Assembly (NCBI GenBank): GCA_000965745.1 | Contig: CP009479.1 | Location: 352,001 to 416,000, forward strand | Length of the DNA: 64,000 nt | Direction: 5' to 3' | From: an uncultured archaeon | Lineage (GTDB): Archaea; Thermoplasmatota; Thermoplasmata; Thermoplasmatales; Thermoplasmataceae | In this document: in pieces, positions 12,386 to 24,367 of the stretch | Layout of the letters: each line of letters opens with the position of its first letter | Position numbering within the stretch: the first letter of the stretch is position 1 | The notes under the pieces: model-generated | The model's input: only the letters and a program-made list of their open reading frames with translations | What the model was told of the DNA's origin: nothing | Databases searched by the model: none | Made by a program: the position numbers and the translations under genes

Positions 12386-14509
12386 TTGAAAATACTGGTG
12401 AACTGCGCACTCCCCTATGCAAACGGACCCCTGCACCTGGGCCACATCGCAGGTGCATACCTTGGGGCGGACATATTTGTAAGATTTCAGAGAATGAGAG
12501 GAAATGAGGTCCTGTTCGTTTCGGGCAGCGACGAGCACGGCACCCCGATAACCATGAGGGCGGACAGGGAGAATACCACTCCCGCAAGCATAGCTGACCG
12601 TTATTACAGGGAGCATTCCGAGACCTTCAGGAACCTCGGGATCGATTTCAGCATCTTCTCCAGGACAACCACCAAAGTGCACGCTGAAACTGTGAGGGAA
12701 ATTTTCCTGGAGCTAATGGACGGTGGCCTCCTTACCGAGAAGACGATGATATCCCCGTTCTGCCCGGGCTGCAACAGGTTCATGCCCGACAGGTACATCA
12801 CAGGAACCTGCCCCAACTGCGGCTTTGAAGAGGCAAAGGGCGACCAGTGCGACGAGTGCGGCAAGATCCTTGATCCCCAGGACCTGATAAGCCCGAAATG
12901 CGCAGTTTGCGGGACAGTCCCGGAATTCAGGGAGACAAAGCACATGTTCCTGAGGCTGGACCTCCTGCAGGACGGGATCCTGAAGTGGCTTGACACCAGG
13001 ACATTCTGGAAGCAGAACGTCCTCACATTCACGAAGAACTTCGTAAAAGGCGGCCTGAAAGAGAGGGCCATAACCAGGGATATCGAGTGGGGCGTGCCTG
13101 TTCCGCTTGAGGGCTATGAGAACAAGAGAATATATGTCTGGTTCGAGGCCCTTATCGGATACATATCGGCAGCAAAGATCTATTCAGAGAAGATCGGAGA
13201 CCCTGGCTACTGGAAATCCTTCTACATGGACCCGGAAGTGAGGAACTACTATTTCATCGGGAAGGACAACATACCGTTCCACAGCATAGTCTGGCCGGGC
13301 ATGATAATGGGCCTGAAGGGCATAAACCTCCCCTATGAGGTGGTGGCCAACGAATTCCTCAGGTTCAAGGGGAAACAGTTCTCCAAGAGCAGAGGCATAG
13401 GATTCACGGCCAATGAGATGCTGAACCTTGCTGGCAGGGATTACCTGAGATACTACCTTTCATCAATACTGCCGGAGAGCAGCGATGCTGATTTCTCGCC
13501 TGAGGATATGGCGGAAAAGGTCAATTCAGAGTACATCGACAAGTACGGGAATTTCATACACAGGGTCACGAGCTTTGCTTTCAACAATTCCCTGAAACTG
13601 GGCAAAGGGGAACTGGACGGGGACGACAGCATGATCCTGGAATACGCTGAAAAGAAGTTCACGCAATACTCCGGGAGGCTGGAGCGTGCAGAGGTCAAGA
13701 GGGCACTGCTGGAGTGGCTCGAGCTGGTGAAGGAGTCAAACGTATACTTCAACAGCTCAAAACCATGGGACCTGGTGAAGACAGACCTGAACAGGTGCAG
13801 CTCAAAGCTCTGGGTAGCATACAAGCTTGCACAGTACATGACGGTGATGGTATACCCCTTCACGCCGGATTCTGCAGTAAAGATGCTCTCCCGGCTTGGA
13901 GTCTCCCGGGAGGTTGAGAAAGCGGGATTCGATCTGCTGAAGAACGATGAGTTCACCATACCGGTTGAAAAACCTGCAAAACCCTTCAACAAGATGGAGT
14001 TTGAAGACGTGAACCCCAATCCGCTTGACCTCAGGGTTGCGAAGATAGTGGAGGCGAAGGATCATCCCAACGCGGATGCCCTGTATGTGATGAAACTGTC
14101 CGTTGGAGGCGAGGAGAGGCAGCTTGTTGCAGGCCTCAAGAAGCACTACAGCACCGAGGAGCTCATGGGCAGGAAGATCATCATAGTTGCAAACCTGAAA
14201 AAGGCAAAGTTAAGGGGAGAGGTATCCGAAGGGATGATGCTTGCAGCCGATGACGGCGATAGCGTCAAGTACCTCACTGTCCCGGATGAGATTCCGGAGG
14301 GGTCGAAGGTCAGCATAGGGGACTACGGCTACAACGGCACGGGGCAGATAGAGCTCAAGACGCTACAGGCGCTCGGGCTGAAGGTAAAAAAAGTAGACGG
14401 CCAGTTCAGGGCATCTGCTACACTCATGGACCATAACTATTTCCTGAACACAGGCGGGAAATTCGTTGAAGTGTCTGGGGAAAGCAGGGATGGGGCGACG
14501 ATCAAATAA
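12386..14509 (+). CDS. metG: Methionine--tRNA ligase with C-terminal tRNA-binding domain
   Basis: LPYANGPLHLGH, Zn knuckles, FSKSRG, HPNADAL...SEGMML. Confidence 0.97.
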   Translation: MKILVNCALPYANGPLHLGHIAGAYLGADIFVRFQRMRGNEVLFVSGSDEHGTPITMRADRENTTPASIADRYYREHSETFRNLGIDFSIFSRTTTKVHAETVREIFLELMDGGLLTEKTMISPFCPGCNRFMPDRYITGTCPNCGFEEAKGDQCDECGKILDPQDLISPKCAVCGTVPEFRETKHMFLRLDLLQDGILKWLDTRTFWKQNVLTFTKNFVKGGLKERAITRDIEWGVPVPLEGYENKRIYVWFEALIGYISAAKIYSEKIGDPGYWKSFYMDPEVRNYYFIGKDNIPFHSIVWPGMIMGLKGINLPYEVVANEFLRFKGKQFSKSRGIGFTANEMLNLAGRDYLRYYLSSILPESSDADFSPEDMAEKVNSEYIDKYGNFIHRVTSFAFNNSLKLGKGELDGDDSMILEYAEKKFTQYSGRLERAEVKRALLEWLELVKESNVYFNSSKPWDLVKTDLNRCSSKLWVAYKLAQYMTVMVYPFTPDSAVKMLSRLGVSREVEKAGFDLLKNDEFTIPVEKPAKPFNKMEFEDVNPNPLDLRVAKIVEAKDHPNADALYVMKLSVGGEERQLVAGLKKHYSTEELMGRKIIIVANLKKAKLRGEVSEGMMLAADDGDSVKYLTVPDEIPEGSKVSIGDYGYNGTGQIELKTLQALGLKVKKVDGQFRASATLMDHNYFLNTGGKFVEVSGESRDGATIK

Positions 14510-14662
14510 AGGTAATATTTAATCGTCTTGTTCACAATACGATTTCATTACCGGGATCATACTGATTTCGTCAATCAGGCAACATGTATCATCGATGTGG
14601 CGATGTCCCTCAACATTTAGGTCAAAAAATTTAATATCGAGATTTTAATATCACATCTCCCA

Positions 14663-14851
14663 ATGATTTTTATGACATTCACTAAATTTGAAAAAGCAAG
14701 GATTATCGGAGCGCGAGCTTTGCAGATTGCCATGGGTGCCCCGGTTATAATAGATGTCCCCAGCAACCTTATAGATCCTGTTGATATCGCCATGCTTGAA
14801 TTCGAGAACAATGTCATACCAATTACCATAAAGAGGGCAGAATCCTCATAA
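14663..14851 (+). CDS. rpoK: RNA polymerase subunit K (Rpo6)
   Basis: [21 protein letters not shown]. Confidence 0.96.
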   Translation: MIFMTFTKFEKARIIGARALQIAMGAPVIIDVPSNLIDPVDIAMLEFENNVIPITIKRAESS

Positions 14852-15219
14852 CACCATTGAGGGCACATTTTCCTAAAGCATTGTAATTTTCCATAAGTTT
14901 TCTTCAATTTTGACCGTGGGTTTGCATTATCATGGGTGTTGTATATTAAAACCCAGAATTATCCAATAATTAGCAGGCTCGCGAAACAGTTAAATAGATT
15001 TTAGTTATAAGGGACATTACGCACTAAAAGTGTAGGAATATAACACTAATAGCCAGCCAACAAGGCGGGTAAGGGACAATGCTAAGTGCATATGTGTGAA
15101 CTATACCATTCCAAGGCTGGTAAATATGAGGTTGTGAGTTTATGCTCACTTCTGAGAGGGAAAGGTGCAAACTATGGCTCGCCAATTTCTCAATAATATT
15201 GTGCAAATGACAGGAATTA

Positions 15220-16689
<1,470 letters not shown>

Positions 16690-16818
16690 AAGACACGGCG
16701 AGCCATAGGCACACTCAATCCCTTTATATTCCAACCACTAGTGCACATTTATTCATAATCCATACTTTGCTCGAAAGAGTTTTATTTATTATTCTACTTA
16801 AGTGAGGTAAGGTTTAAT

Positions 16819-17040
16819 ATGTCCTTTGACGAAAAGGCAATGGAAATCCAGGATAAAGTTGAGAGAAGATTCTCAAATCTTGGGAAAGGCAAATATTCGA
16901 GGCTGCTCAGAATGGCCAAAAAACCGGACAGAGACGAGTATATCAAAGTCCTGCTCATTACAGGCGCCGGTATAATACTGCTCGGGCTTCTTGGGTTTTT
17001 TATATATCTTATGATGGGATATTATTTCAAAATACCATAG
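16819..17040 (+). CDS. secE: Protein translocase SecE (Sec61 gamma)
   Basis: RLLRMAKKPDRDEY plus a single TM; upstream of spt5. Confidence 0.93.
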   Translation: MSFDEKAMEIQDKVERRFSNLGKGKYSRLLRMAKKPDRDEYIKVLLITGAGIILLGLLGFFIYLMMGYYFKIP

Positions 17041-17051
17041 GTGAATCTTAA

Positions 17052-17933
17052 ATGCAGAATGCTAATGAAAACCAGTTTGAATGGATAAACTTCGAAGTTT
17101 CTGATGTGAAGAAGGGCAGTGGCAGAAAAGAAGATGTGCCTATACTGCTCAGGAACATTCAGAGCAAGAAGAGAAAATTTTCAATAAATATTCAGGTTGA
17201 ATTCGAGGAGAGAGATCCCCTGATAGAGTGGTTTTTTACTGTCGATGCCGGCAAGGCCAAGGATTACACACTCTCACCCAATGACAATTCCCCGATTACT
17301 GAAGAAGTGGAGCTCGATGCCCATCAGACGAAGAAAATAACACTTAACGTCACTACTCCGAAAGGTGGGTACATGGGAGATAAGGCTATCCTGACGGTCA
17401 AGATTGATTCCGAGGATGGTGTCCACTCGCTTACAAAGACTTTCAGCGTTACGATATCCCCTATAATTGTCGCCCTCAAGACAACCGTGGGGAACGAGAT
17501 ACCGGTTTCCCGCGACCTTGTCAATAGGGCTCAGAGAGACAAGGAGGAAAGGATGGAGACCAACCCGAATGCCATAAGCGAAATACTAGCAGTAATGTCT
17601 CCCTTCGAAGTCAAGGGGTACGTGTTCGTTGAGGCCATGCACTCCGATAGGATAGCATACATAGCCAGGGGGATAAGGGGCTTCAAGGGAATCGTCCAGG
17701 GAGATATTGATCTAGAGGAAATAGTGCACTACCTCACACCGAAACCAGCAGTCACCGGTCTTGAAATTGGGGCGTTTGTCGAGCTGATTGATGGGCCGTT
17801 CAAGGGGGAGAAAGCCAAGATTACATTCATAGACGCCGGAAAGGAGGAAGTTACAGTCCAGCTTATAGAATCAATGGTCCCAATACCTGTAACAGTCAAG
17901 GCAGAAGCAATCAGGATGCTTGACAAGAAATAG
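17052..17933 (+). CDS. spt5: Transcription elongation factor Spt5/NusG with N-terminal extension
   Basis: KTTVGNE, KGYVFVEA (NGN domain); GPFKGEKAKI (KOW domain). Confidence 0.92.
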   Translation: MQNANENQFEWINFEVSDVKKGSGRKEDVPILLRNIQSKKRKFSINIQVEFEERDPLIEWFFTVDAGKAKDYTLSPNDNSPITEEVELDAHQTKKITLNVTTPKGGYMGDKAILTVKIDSEDGVHSLTKTFSVTISPIIVALKTTVGNEIPVSRDLVNRAQRDKEERMETNPNAISEILAVMSPFEVKGYVFVEAMHSDRIAYIARGIRGFKGIVQGDIDLEEIVHYLTPKPAVTGLEIGAFVELIDGPFKGEKAKITFIDAGKEEVTVQLIESMVPIPVTVKAEAIRMLDKK

Positions 17934-17941
17934 GACATCTG

Positions 17942-19345
17942 ATGAAGCTTAAAGTTGGTTCCAAGGAGAAAGAGAGGAAGTTTCTGCAACATCTCAACAA
18001 ATACTTCGAGGATCCTGCTTCAATTCTGCCGGACTGCATGGACAAAGGTTTCCTTTGCCCCTTCGAGTCCTACCGGAAAAAGATTGATGCCACAGGCAAT
18101 TATGAAAAATACTCCAGATCGGCTGACCAGTTTCTCAGCGCCCTTGGTGAGACTAAGAAGATCATAGAGTCCGACTCCGCCCCAATTCTAGGGTTCATAA
18201 CAACACCATACGGGAATGTGGAGTATGCCAAGAGAGGCAATGCAGATCCCGCTGTCCTTGCCGGGCTCCAGCACTATGACAATGAGATATGGAGGATGCT
18301 TGCATTTTCATCACTGGCGAAGTCGAAAAAGGCGAGGGTCTACTCTTCCAGGAACTTCTATCTGGCCTCGTGCAAAAACAGCGGACCCGGAATAGAGTTT
18401 TTCCAGGATGTATTTGAGGAGCATGGAATCCAGCATTCTGTTTCTGATGGCATCATAGAGATAGGCGACTCCGGGAAGAGCATGGTCGTGACGCACTTCT
18501 CGGGACAGGCAGTAAGGATCTATGAAAACAGCCAGGGAAGCACCCTGCATATACTGATCAGGCACTTCCTCACGAAGGATTACTATTCTGATTTCTCAAT
18601 ATCAAGCGACTATCTTGAAGATTTTGTGAAGACCGTCCCTGAGGATGCGACTGCTTCATATTTCAACGGGAAGATTGATGACAGGCAGATGATCAAGAAG
18701 ATAGCCAGGCACAGAATTGACGAGGCTGTGGGCCAGGGAATGTACGTCATTGGGGACATGTGCTATACCGATTCCGATGAGTTCATTTCACAATTTACTG
18801 ATGATGCGATCTCTCCTGAGCTCCTCAGGGACCCGGTGGAGGAGTACGGCAAAGGCATATATCTGGAGACAGGAAGCACAAGAAAGCTCCTCGAGATACT
18901 GTGGCAGAAAAGTGGAGACAGGATAATCAAGAAGATGTTCCCTGATATGGATGACGGGAAGATAAAATCGCTTAAGGGCAGTCCAATGGACAGGATCGAG
19001 AGTGCTAGGAAGCTGTATAATTCAGATGAGATAGAGTCCTCTTTCGATGTTGAGCCTTGGTCAAAAAATGCGCAGTACCTGGTGGATCTCCTGAAGAAAT
19101 ACCACAAGGAAGGTAAAGACAATGCCATCAGAGAAGGGGAGAGAATGCTCACAAATTCCCCCATAGTGAAGGCCATATATTACGGGTTCCTGGAATCGGT
19201 TGGCGAGACCGAAAATAAGGAGTGGATGTTCACTCCGAACGAGATTGATCTTGGAACGAAGATGAAAGACCTGATAAGAGAGCTACTTACAAACGTCAGT
19301 GAAGTGAATGAGAAAATTGTTAACCTGAAGTCGTACATACCGTGA
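17942..19345 (+). CDS. Hypothetical protein (467 aa)
   Basis: Long ORF tightly packed between spt5 and the PUA gene. Confidence 0.8.
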   Translation: MKLKVGSKEKERKFLQHLNKYFEDPASILPDCMDKGFLCPFESYRKKIDATGNYEKYSRSADQFLSALGETKKIIESDSAPILGFITTPYGNVEYAKRGNADPAVLAGLQHYDNEIWRMLAFSSLAKSKKARVYSSRNFYLASCKNSGPGIEFFQDVFEEHGIQHSVSDGIIEIGDSGKSMVVTHFSGQAVRIYENSQGSTLHILIRHFLTKDYYSDFSISSDYLEDFVKTVPEDATASYFNGKIDDRQMIKKIARHRIDEAVGQGMYVIGDMCYTDSDEFISQFTDDAISPELLRDPVEEYGKGIYLETGSTRKLLEILWQKSGDRIIKKMFPDMDDGKIKSLKGSPMDRIESARKLYNSDEIESSFDVEPWSKNAQYLVDLLKKYHKEGKDNAIREGERMLTNSPIVKAIYYGFLESVGETENKEWMFTPNEIDLGTKMKDLIRELLTNVSEVNEKIVNLKSYIP

Positions 19346-19824
19346 GGGACCAGATGCCTAAACACTTTATATCAAAAAAAGAGCTTAAAAGCCTGAAGGA
19401 CAGGGTGGATCAGCTTGGGCTGGATCCTGAGACCCTGGCTAATGTTGAAGTGGAAGAGATTAAGGACGAAAAGTGCTATTTTGTTGACAAGAAGCCATTC
19501 ATCTATGAAAAGGGGAAGGAAGCATTCGTTCCAACCCTGTTCTTGCTGAATGAAGCCAGGCCCTCCGCCGCTTATGTCAGCGTTGATGATGGTGCAGTGC
19601 CGCACGTCATGAACGGGGCAAACGTTTTTGCCCAGGGGATCACCGAGATTGACATGAAAGTCAAGACTGGCGACATGGTGTTCGTAAGGAACAAGGACGG
19701 CATATTCCTTGCAGTGGGAATAGCAGAAAGAGATGCCCGGGAAATCATGGAAAACAGGAAAGGGGAAGCTGTCAAGCTGATACATTACCCGGACGACAGA
19801 ATCTTCAAGACCTTTTACAAGTAG
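19342..19824 (+). CDS. PUA-domain RNA-binding protein (DUF1947/MCT-1-like)
   Basis: PTL..VDDGAVPHVMNGANVFAQGI. Confidence 0.9.
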   Translation: MRDQMPKHFISKKELKSLKDRVDQLGLDPETLANVEVEEIKDEKCYFVDKKPFIYEKGKEAFVPTLFLLNEARPSAAYVSVDDGAVPHVMNGANVFAQGITEIDMKVKTGDMVFVRNKDGIFLAVGIAERDAREIMENRKGEAVKLIHYPDDRIFKTFYK

Positions 19825-19870
19825 GCAGGCATACCATAACACTTATCATCGGAAAGCTTATAATATCCCC

Positions 19871-20329
19871 ATGGTAGATTTACTGAGCATAGGGACAAAA
19901 GCTCCTGATTTTCATTCCGTGGATCAGGAAGGCAAAGAGATTAGCCTCAGCCATTTCAAGGGAAGGCCCGTCATACTTTATTTCTATCCCAAAGATGATA
20001 CTCCCGGCTGCACCAAGGAAGCATGCAACTTCAGGGACAACTACTCGCAGTATGAGGCCAGGGGAGTGAAGGTCCTCGGCGTCAGTGTTGACGATCAGGA
20101 ATCGCACAGGAAATTTGCAGAAAAATACAACCTGAATTTCACACTCGTTGCGGACGATTCAAAGGATATCTCGCGGAAATACGGAGCCCTTGGAGACAAC
20201 GTTGCAAAGAGAGTCACCTATATCATTGACAAGGAAGGTTCGATAGCTCACGTTTACCCAAATGTGAATCCGGACCAGCACTCAGATGAAGTTATGGCCA
20301 AGCTGCAGGACCTTAGGCTTGTCAGTTAG
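19871..20329 (+). CDS. bcp: Peroxiredoxin Bcp/PrxQ
   Basis: YFYPKDDTPGCTKEAC. Confidence 0.95.
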   Translation: MVDLLSIGTKAPDFHSVDQEGKEISLSHFKGRPVILYFYPKDDTPGCTKEACNFRDNYSQYEARGVKVLGVSVDDQESHRKFAEKYNLNFTLVADDSKDISRKYGALGDNVAKRVTYIIDKEGSIAHVYPNVNPDQHSDEVMAKLQDLRLVS

Positions 20330-20362
20330 CTAGAGAAAAAATCAATAAATATTGAGAAGGCT

Positions 20363-20824
20363 TTGATGGTTATGGCAGAACAACTTGAAACTGGAACCAA
20401 GGCTCCGGATTTTGAATCTGTTGATCAGAACGGAAACCCCGTCAAACTGAGCGACTACGACGGAAAAGTGCGTGTTGTTTACTTCTATCCCAGGGATAAT
20501 ACCCCTGGCTGCACCAAGGAAGCATGCAACTTCAGGGATAATTATGAAGAGTACGAGAAGAATGGCATAAAGGTATTCGGAATTAGTGTCGACTCAGAAA
20601 AATCACACAAGAATTTCGCGGACAAGTACGAGCTAAACTTCACGCTGGTAGCCGACAAGTCAAAGGAAATATCTGAGAAGTACGGTGTTCTTGGGGTTTC
20701 TTCAGCAAGAAGAGTCACGTACCTCATAGACAGAGAAGGTACAATAGCTCATGTTTACCCCAAGGTAAGCCCAAAGGAGCACGCTACTGAGGTCCTTAAG
20801 AAAATTGAAGAACTCGGTCTCTGA
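20363..20824 (+). CDS. bcp: Peroxiredoxin Bcp/PrxQ (tandem paralog)
   Basis: YFYPRDNTPGCTKEAC. Confidence 0.95.
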   Translation: MMVMAEQLETGTKAPDFESVDQNGNPVKLSDYDGKVRVVYFYPRDNTPGCTKEACNFRDNYEEYEKNGIKVFGISVDSEKSHKNFADKYELNFTLVADKSKEISEKYGVLGVSSARRVTYLIDREGTIAHVYPKVSPKEHATEVLKKIEELGL

Positions 20825-21104
20825 CCATTTTATTTTCATTGTTGCCTGAAAGTACTGGCAGAGGCAACACAGCATCCCTTCCACTAAAGTGAGGCGGAAT
20901 TGCTTTGCCGTTTAAAGAAATATATTATGTAGTTTTATTGCCAGTCTGCATCGAAAGAACAGACAGGATTATAGAAGACATAATCCAGACTATGGATACT
21001 ATTAGCAATAGCGGATTTGGATCTACCCAGGCCGCAACGATGAATAATGCTGCGGGGAGAAGATACTTTATCACTCCCCAAAAAAAAGGATAAAAATCCA
21101 TGGA

Positions 21105-21419
21105 TCATCCGAAAAGTGAGCTCAGACCTTCCATGGCCTCTTCTTCAGAGACTTCTTCCTTCTTCTCTTCTTTCTTTTCCTCTTTCTTCTTTTCCTTCTT
21201 CTCAGCCGGTGCAGCCTGTGGGGCAGCTGGTGCTACCGCAGCTGCTGCAGCGTTTTTAAGGACTTCTTCAATCTTGACCCCTTTCAGGCTTGAAACAAGT
21301 GTTTTGAGTCTTGCTTCATCTGATGAGACGCCAGCTTCTGCCAGAACCTTCTTCAAGTTCTCCTCGTCTATTTCCTTTCCGGCTGAATGAAGCAGCAAAG
21401 CTCCGTATATATATTCCAT
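21105..21419 (-). CDS. rpl12: 50S ribosomal protein L12 (P1)
   Basis: [11 protein letters not shown], Ala-rich hinge, EGLSSLFG C-terminus. Confidence 0.97.
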   Translation of the reverse strand: MEYIYGALLLHSAGKEIDEENLKKVLAEAGVSSDEARLKTLVSSLKGVKIEEVLKNAAAAAVAPAAPQAAPAEKKEKKKEEKKEEKKEEVSEEEAMEGLSSLFG

Positions 21420-21438
21420 ATTTTCTTACCTCCTTACG

Positions 21439-22401
21439 TTATCCAAACAAGGAACCTAATCCTTCCGAAATGTTCTCGTCAACATTCCCTTCTTCTTTCT
21501 TTTCCTCTTGCTCTGGTTCTTCTTCTGCTTCCTCAGAAGCTTCTTCCTCGCCGCCAAGAGTGCCACTTAGGGCAGTGGCTTCCCTAATAGCTTTGAGTAT
21601 AAATAGTTCTATGTTGCTCTCATCCATGTATCCGCTCTCGAGAGCGAGCTGTTCAGCCTGGATCTTTGCCTTGAAAAGCAGATCGGGCAGAACCTCTGGG
21701 ACAATGAACATGGTTTCGAGTGCTACGCCTTTTGCTTCAGAGAATGCTTTTCCTATATCCCCAAGAATATCTTCCAGTTTGACTGAAAGGACATTCTTTG
21801 TGAATATAATGCCATCACTGTAAGCCCCTATTATATCGAGTCCAACGTTGATGGGCTTTATATCCAGTTTCTCCAGTATTTTCGCTTTGTCTCTGGGGAT
21901 TGGCTCTCCTTCCTTTACCAGAACGGTTTCCCCTTTGATCACTATCTTTCCCTTTTCAATTGCAGTCTTAAGACCCACTTTCTGGAATTCACTTATCATT
22001 GGGCCGGGCGGGAAACCGGTAACAGCCTCTTCAACAACTATATCCATTGGGGCAAGTTCTCCCCCTTTGGCCGGAGAATCCTGCCTTGTGTTGAATAGCA
22101 TATCGTAAATTGTCTTAGGATCCTTCTCCGACGTGAGAAGTGCTATCTGGCCATCACTATAATCCTTGAGAGACTGTATATTTTCCCTCTTTACCTTTTC
22201 AAGGGCGTTAAGAAACAGCCTCCTCCTAACAACTCTGAGGTTAACCTTGCCTTTCAGATCCCTCCTAATATTCTGGAGCTGCTGATTCCCGATACCCGTT
22301 ATATCAACTATTGCGACCACAGGGTGGGACTCAATTTCCTTCTTGAGTTCCTCAACGGCATCAACTTTCCACTGGGCAACTTTTGCCTGGTATTCGGTCA
22401 T
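21439..22401 (-). CDS. rplP0: 50S ribosomal protein L10 (P0)
   Basis: AQWKVDAV, TGFPPGP, GLGSLFG C-terminus. Confidence 0.96.
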   Translation of the reverse strand: MTEYQAKVAQWKVDAVEELKKEIESHPVVAIVDITGIGNQQLQNIRRDLKGKVNLRVVRRRLFLNALEKVKRENIQSLKDYSDGQIALLTSEKDPKTIYDMLFNTRQDSPAKGGELAPMDIVVEEAVTGFPPGPMISEFQKVGLKTAIEKGKIVIKGETVLVKEGEPIPRDKAKILEKLDIKPINVGLDIIGAYSDGIIFTKNVLSVKLEDILGDIGKAFSEAKGVALETMFIVPEVLPDLLFKAKIQAEQLALESGYMDESNIELFILKAIREATALSGTLGGEEEASEEAEEEPEQEEKKEEGNVDENISEGLGSLFG

Positions 22402-23063
22402 TTGTATTCCTCCATTTTAAGTCTTACAGCCTTGCCCATTGTCGTCTTAACATAAACTGAATCAATGTTGTTGTAGCCTTTTTCAAGCTTTCCTGCAAGC
22501 CTGGTTATAACTGCATCGACATTTTCAGCCAGATCTTCATCACTCATGTCTTTTGTGCCAACAGGAACATGAAGGGTTTTCTTATCTTTACTCCTGGCCC
22601 TTACCGTCTGTTTCAGATTAGCAATAAGGGGTGATGGGTCCTGCCCGGGAGGCAATGGCCTTGGCATCTTTCCCCTTGGGCCTAGAACCTGTCCCAGGGA
22701 CTTACCTATTGTTGCCATAAGTGTTGCCTCCGCAACAAAGAAATCGACGTCATTTGCCAGTTTCTTGAAGTCTTTCTTGTCATCTGCAAATTTTGTAACG
22801 TCTTCGGGACCGTACATGTAGTCTGCCAAATCCTTTCCCTTGTCCCTCATTTCCTCTGTTCCGATAACAGCGACTTTGTATTTCCTGCCTCTACCTTTTG
22901 GAAGCATAATCTCTTCATTCAGCCTGTTCTTTGGATCGCTGAGGTCAACCTCTTTCAGGTTTACCGCCATCTCAATGCTTTCCTGGAACTTCCTGTCTTT
23001 TGAAGATTGTTTTGCTTCTTTAACAGCTTCTATTGAAACACTGTTTGCCAAATAAATCACCAA
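22398..23063 (-). CDS. rpl1: 50S ribosomal protein L1
   Basis: LGPRGKMP, VYVKTTMG. Confidence 0.97.
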   Translation of the reverse strand: MVIYLANSVSIEAVKEAKQSSKDRKFQESIEMAVNLKEVDLSDPKNRLNEEIMLPKGRGRKYKVAVIGTEEMRDKGKDLADYMYGPEDVTKFADDKKDFKKLANDVDFFVAEATLMATIGKSLGQVLGPRGKMPRPLPPGQDPSPLIANLKQTVRARSKDKKTLHVPVGTKDMSDEDLAENVDAVITRLAGKLEKGYNNIDSVYVKTTMGKAVRLKMEEYK

Positions 23064-23097
23064 CCTGTAGTATAGCGAGCATTTGCTCTCCTACAGC

Positions 23098-23568
23098 TTA
23101 AATCTCAATTTTTCCGTTCTTAATAAGTGTTTGTATCTCCATTGGATCTTTTCCCTCGACGTTCAAGCCCAGGGAAACGCACGTGCCAATGACCTCCAGG
23201 ACTGCGCCCTTGAGATCGTATGCCATCATGCTGTCCATTTTAGCCTCTGCCACTTTCTTTATCTGTTCAATTGTCGCGTTGCCTGCAACCGTCTCCTTCC
23301 TGTTTGAGGCCCCCTTGGCAACGCCTACTTCTTTCTTGAGGAGTGCAGATGTCGGAGGTATTCCCACCTTGATCTCGTATTCCTTAGTATCAGGATTTGT
23401 AACAGTAACTGTAACTGGAACCTGCATTCCATCGAATGCTTTCGTTTTCTCGTTTATTTCCTTTATTATCTGACCAAGATTCAGCCCAAGGGGACCAAGA
23501 GCCGGGCCTATTGGGGGACCCGATGTTGCTTTTCCGCCTTCGACCATGGTTTCGACTGATTGTGCCAT
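23098..23568 (-). CDS. rpl11: 50S ribosomal protein L11
   Basis: GGKATSGPPIGPALGP. Confidence 0.97.
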   Translation of the reverse strand: MAQSVETMVEGGKATSGPPIGPALGPLGLNLGQIIKEINEKTKAFDGMQVPVTVTVTNPDTKEYEIKVGIPPTSALLKKEVGVAKGASNRKETVAGNATIEQIKKVAEAKMDSMMAYDLKGAVLEVIGTCVSLGLNVEGKDPMEIQTLIKNGKIEI

Positions 23569-23713
23569 TTATTTACACCTGCTTGCGCCGTCGTTAATGG
23601 TAAATACATTTTTTAACCTTTTGATTCTAACCCGAATTAATCTGAAAACTGGGTGAACCTATTTATTACTTGTATGATAACCCCGGGTCTATAGAATTCA
23701 TCGCGGGATTTCA

Positions 23714-24367
23714 ATGAATGTTGTGATTGAGGACGGAAGGCGTCTCGATAAATTCAGCCATCGGACAAGAGTCCTGGTAGACATATACAGGGCTACATCG
23801 ACAATACCAATCCTACTCAGAAACGGAGCAAGGGAAATCATCCCCACTGAGACCCTAGCAGAGGCCAGATTGATTAAAAGGGACAGACCCGACTGCGTCA
23901 TTGTCGGGGAGCGTTTTGGTTTCAAGGTCCCTGGATTCGATTACGGCAATTCTCCTTCACAGCTCCTTAACCTTGACTTCACCGGCAAGGTTGTAATTTT
24001 TACTTCCACAAACGGCACCAAGGTGCTCAAGAAGATAGTGGAAGGCGGGGAGGTGTTTATAGGGTCATTCATCAATGCCGACGCAACGTATGAAGCTCTC
24101 AAAGGAAAAGAGAGCGTTTCGATTGTAACTTCCAATAGGCCCGACGGGCGGGCAGAGGAAGACTACCTTTTTGCCGAATACCTGATGAAAAGGCTGAGAG
24201 GCGATGAAGTGTCCCTTACTGAATATGTGCGTCTCGTGAAGAAGAGTTCCGGTTCAAGATGGCTGAAAGTCATGGGTTTCTGGGGAGACATTTCTGCTTC
24301 CCTGACTCCCAACCTGGTTGATTTTCCTGTCATATACAGGGATGGAAAGATTATCAGATTTCAATGA
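23714..24367 (+). CDS. comB: 2-phosphosulfolactate phosphatase family protein
   Basis: VDIYRATSTI, GER.G, GNSP, STNGT, EED. Confidence 0.9.
   Translation: MNVVIEDGRRLDKFSHRTRVLVDIYRATSTIPILLRNGAREIIPTETLAEARLIKRDRPDCVIVGERFGFKVPGFDYGNSPSQLLNLDFTGKVVIFTSTNGTKVLKKIVEGGEVFIGSFINADATYEALKGKESVSIVTSNRPDGRAEEDYLFAEYLMKRLRGDEVSLTEYVRLVKKSSGSRWLKVMGFWGDISASLTPNLVDFPVIYRDGKIIRFQ

Noticed and set aside
20825-21104. Possible small RNA between bcp and rpl12 (GTTGCCT...AGGCAAC stem)
   Set aside because: Single short stem with no C/D, H/ACA or other family motif; insufficient support.
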